DNA of 64,000 nucleotides from Ramazzottius varieornatus (lineage: Eukaryota > Animalia > Tardigrada): positions 4,268,448 through 4,332,447 of the forward strand of contig BDGG01000002.1 in the NCBI GenBank assembly GCA_001949185.1, read 5' to 3'. Positions 63,957 to 64,000 of this stretch are shown here, piece after piece. The first letter of the stretch is position 1. Each line of letters begins with the position of its first letter. The position numbers were made by a program, and so were the translations under genes. Below the pieces are notes generated by a model. That model was not told where the DNA came from. It saw only the letters and a program-made list of their open reading frames with translations, and did no database searches.

Positions 63957-64000
63957 CTACAAGATGTTTTTTTAAAGTGGCGCACGCTGTCATCTGTTCA
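63957..64000. repeat. Family A palindrome left arm (cut by the window end) in type II receptor intron
   Basis: TACAAGATGTTTTTTTAAAGTGGCGCACGCTGTCA. Confidence 0.7.

Noticed and set aside
1147-64000. Family A read as a CRISPR array or integron attC sites
   Set aside because: Copies are dispersed inverted repeats in spliceosomal introns, not a direct-repeat array, and there is no cas or integrase gene.

Overview
Gene-dense eukaryotic (metazoan) DNA with short GT-AG introns and two N gaps. A chitin-binding peritrophin-A gene, a gustatory-receptor-like gene, a neuropsin-like opsin and an NPF receptor point to a compact ecdysozoan genome; a tardigrade is plausible, but this is inference. Genes in order: CYP3-clan P450 (+), MAP3K4/MEKK4 (-), atypical Opn5-like opsin (+), gustatory-receptor pseudogene (-), orphan membrane protein (-), USP8 (+), NOP16 (-), Pro/Ser-rich orphan (+), ChtBD2 protein (-), ARL9/10-like GTPase (+), HIGD2A (-), DDRGK1 (+), HEXIM (-), TMEM33 (+), KIAA2013-like (-), F-box protein (+), NPF/NPY receptor (+), decayed CYP2-clan pseudogene (+) and the 5' part of an activin type II-like receptor (+). 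The opsin and NOP16 only appear after manual splicing. Highlights: (1) an intact opsin that keeps the retinal lysine but has lost the usual counterion residues and the main G-protein activation motifs; (2) two families of tiny, mostly intronic palindromes with conserved arms and a nearly fixed-length but divergent spacer (about 18 and 5 copies); (3) several non-autonomous DNA transposons with clean TSDs (Academ-like, IS3EU-like, MULE-like, TA-flanked); (4) 12 consecutive genes in alternating orientation; (5) degenerate signature motifs in MAP3K4 and HEXIM. All calls were made by eye with no database searches.
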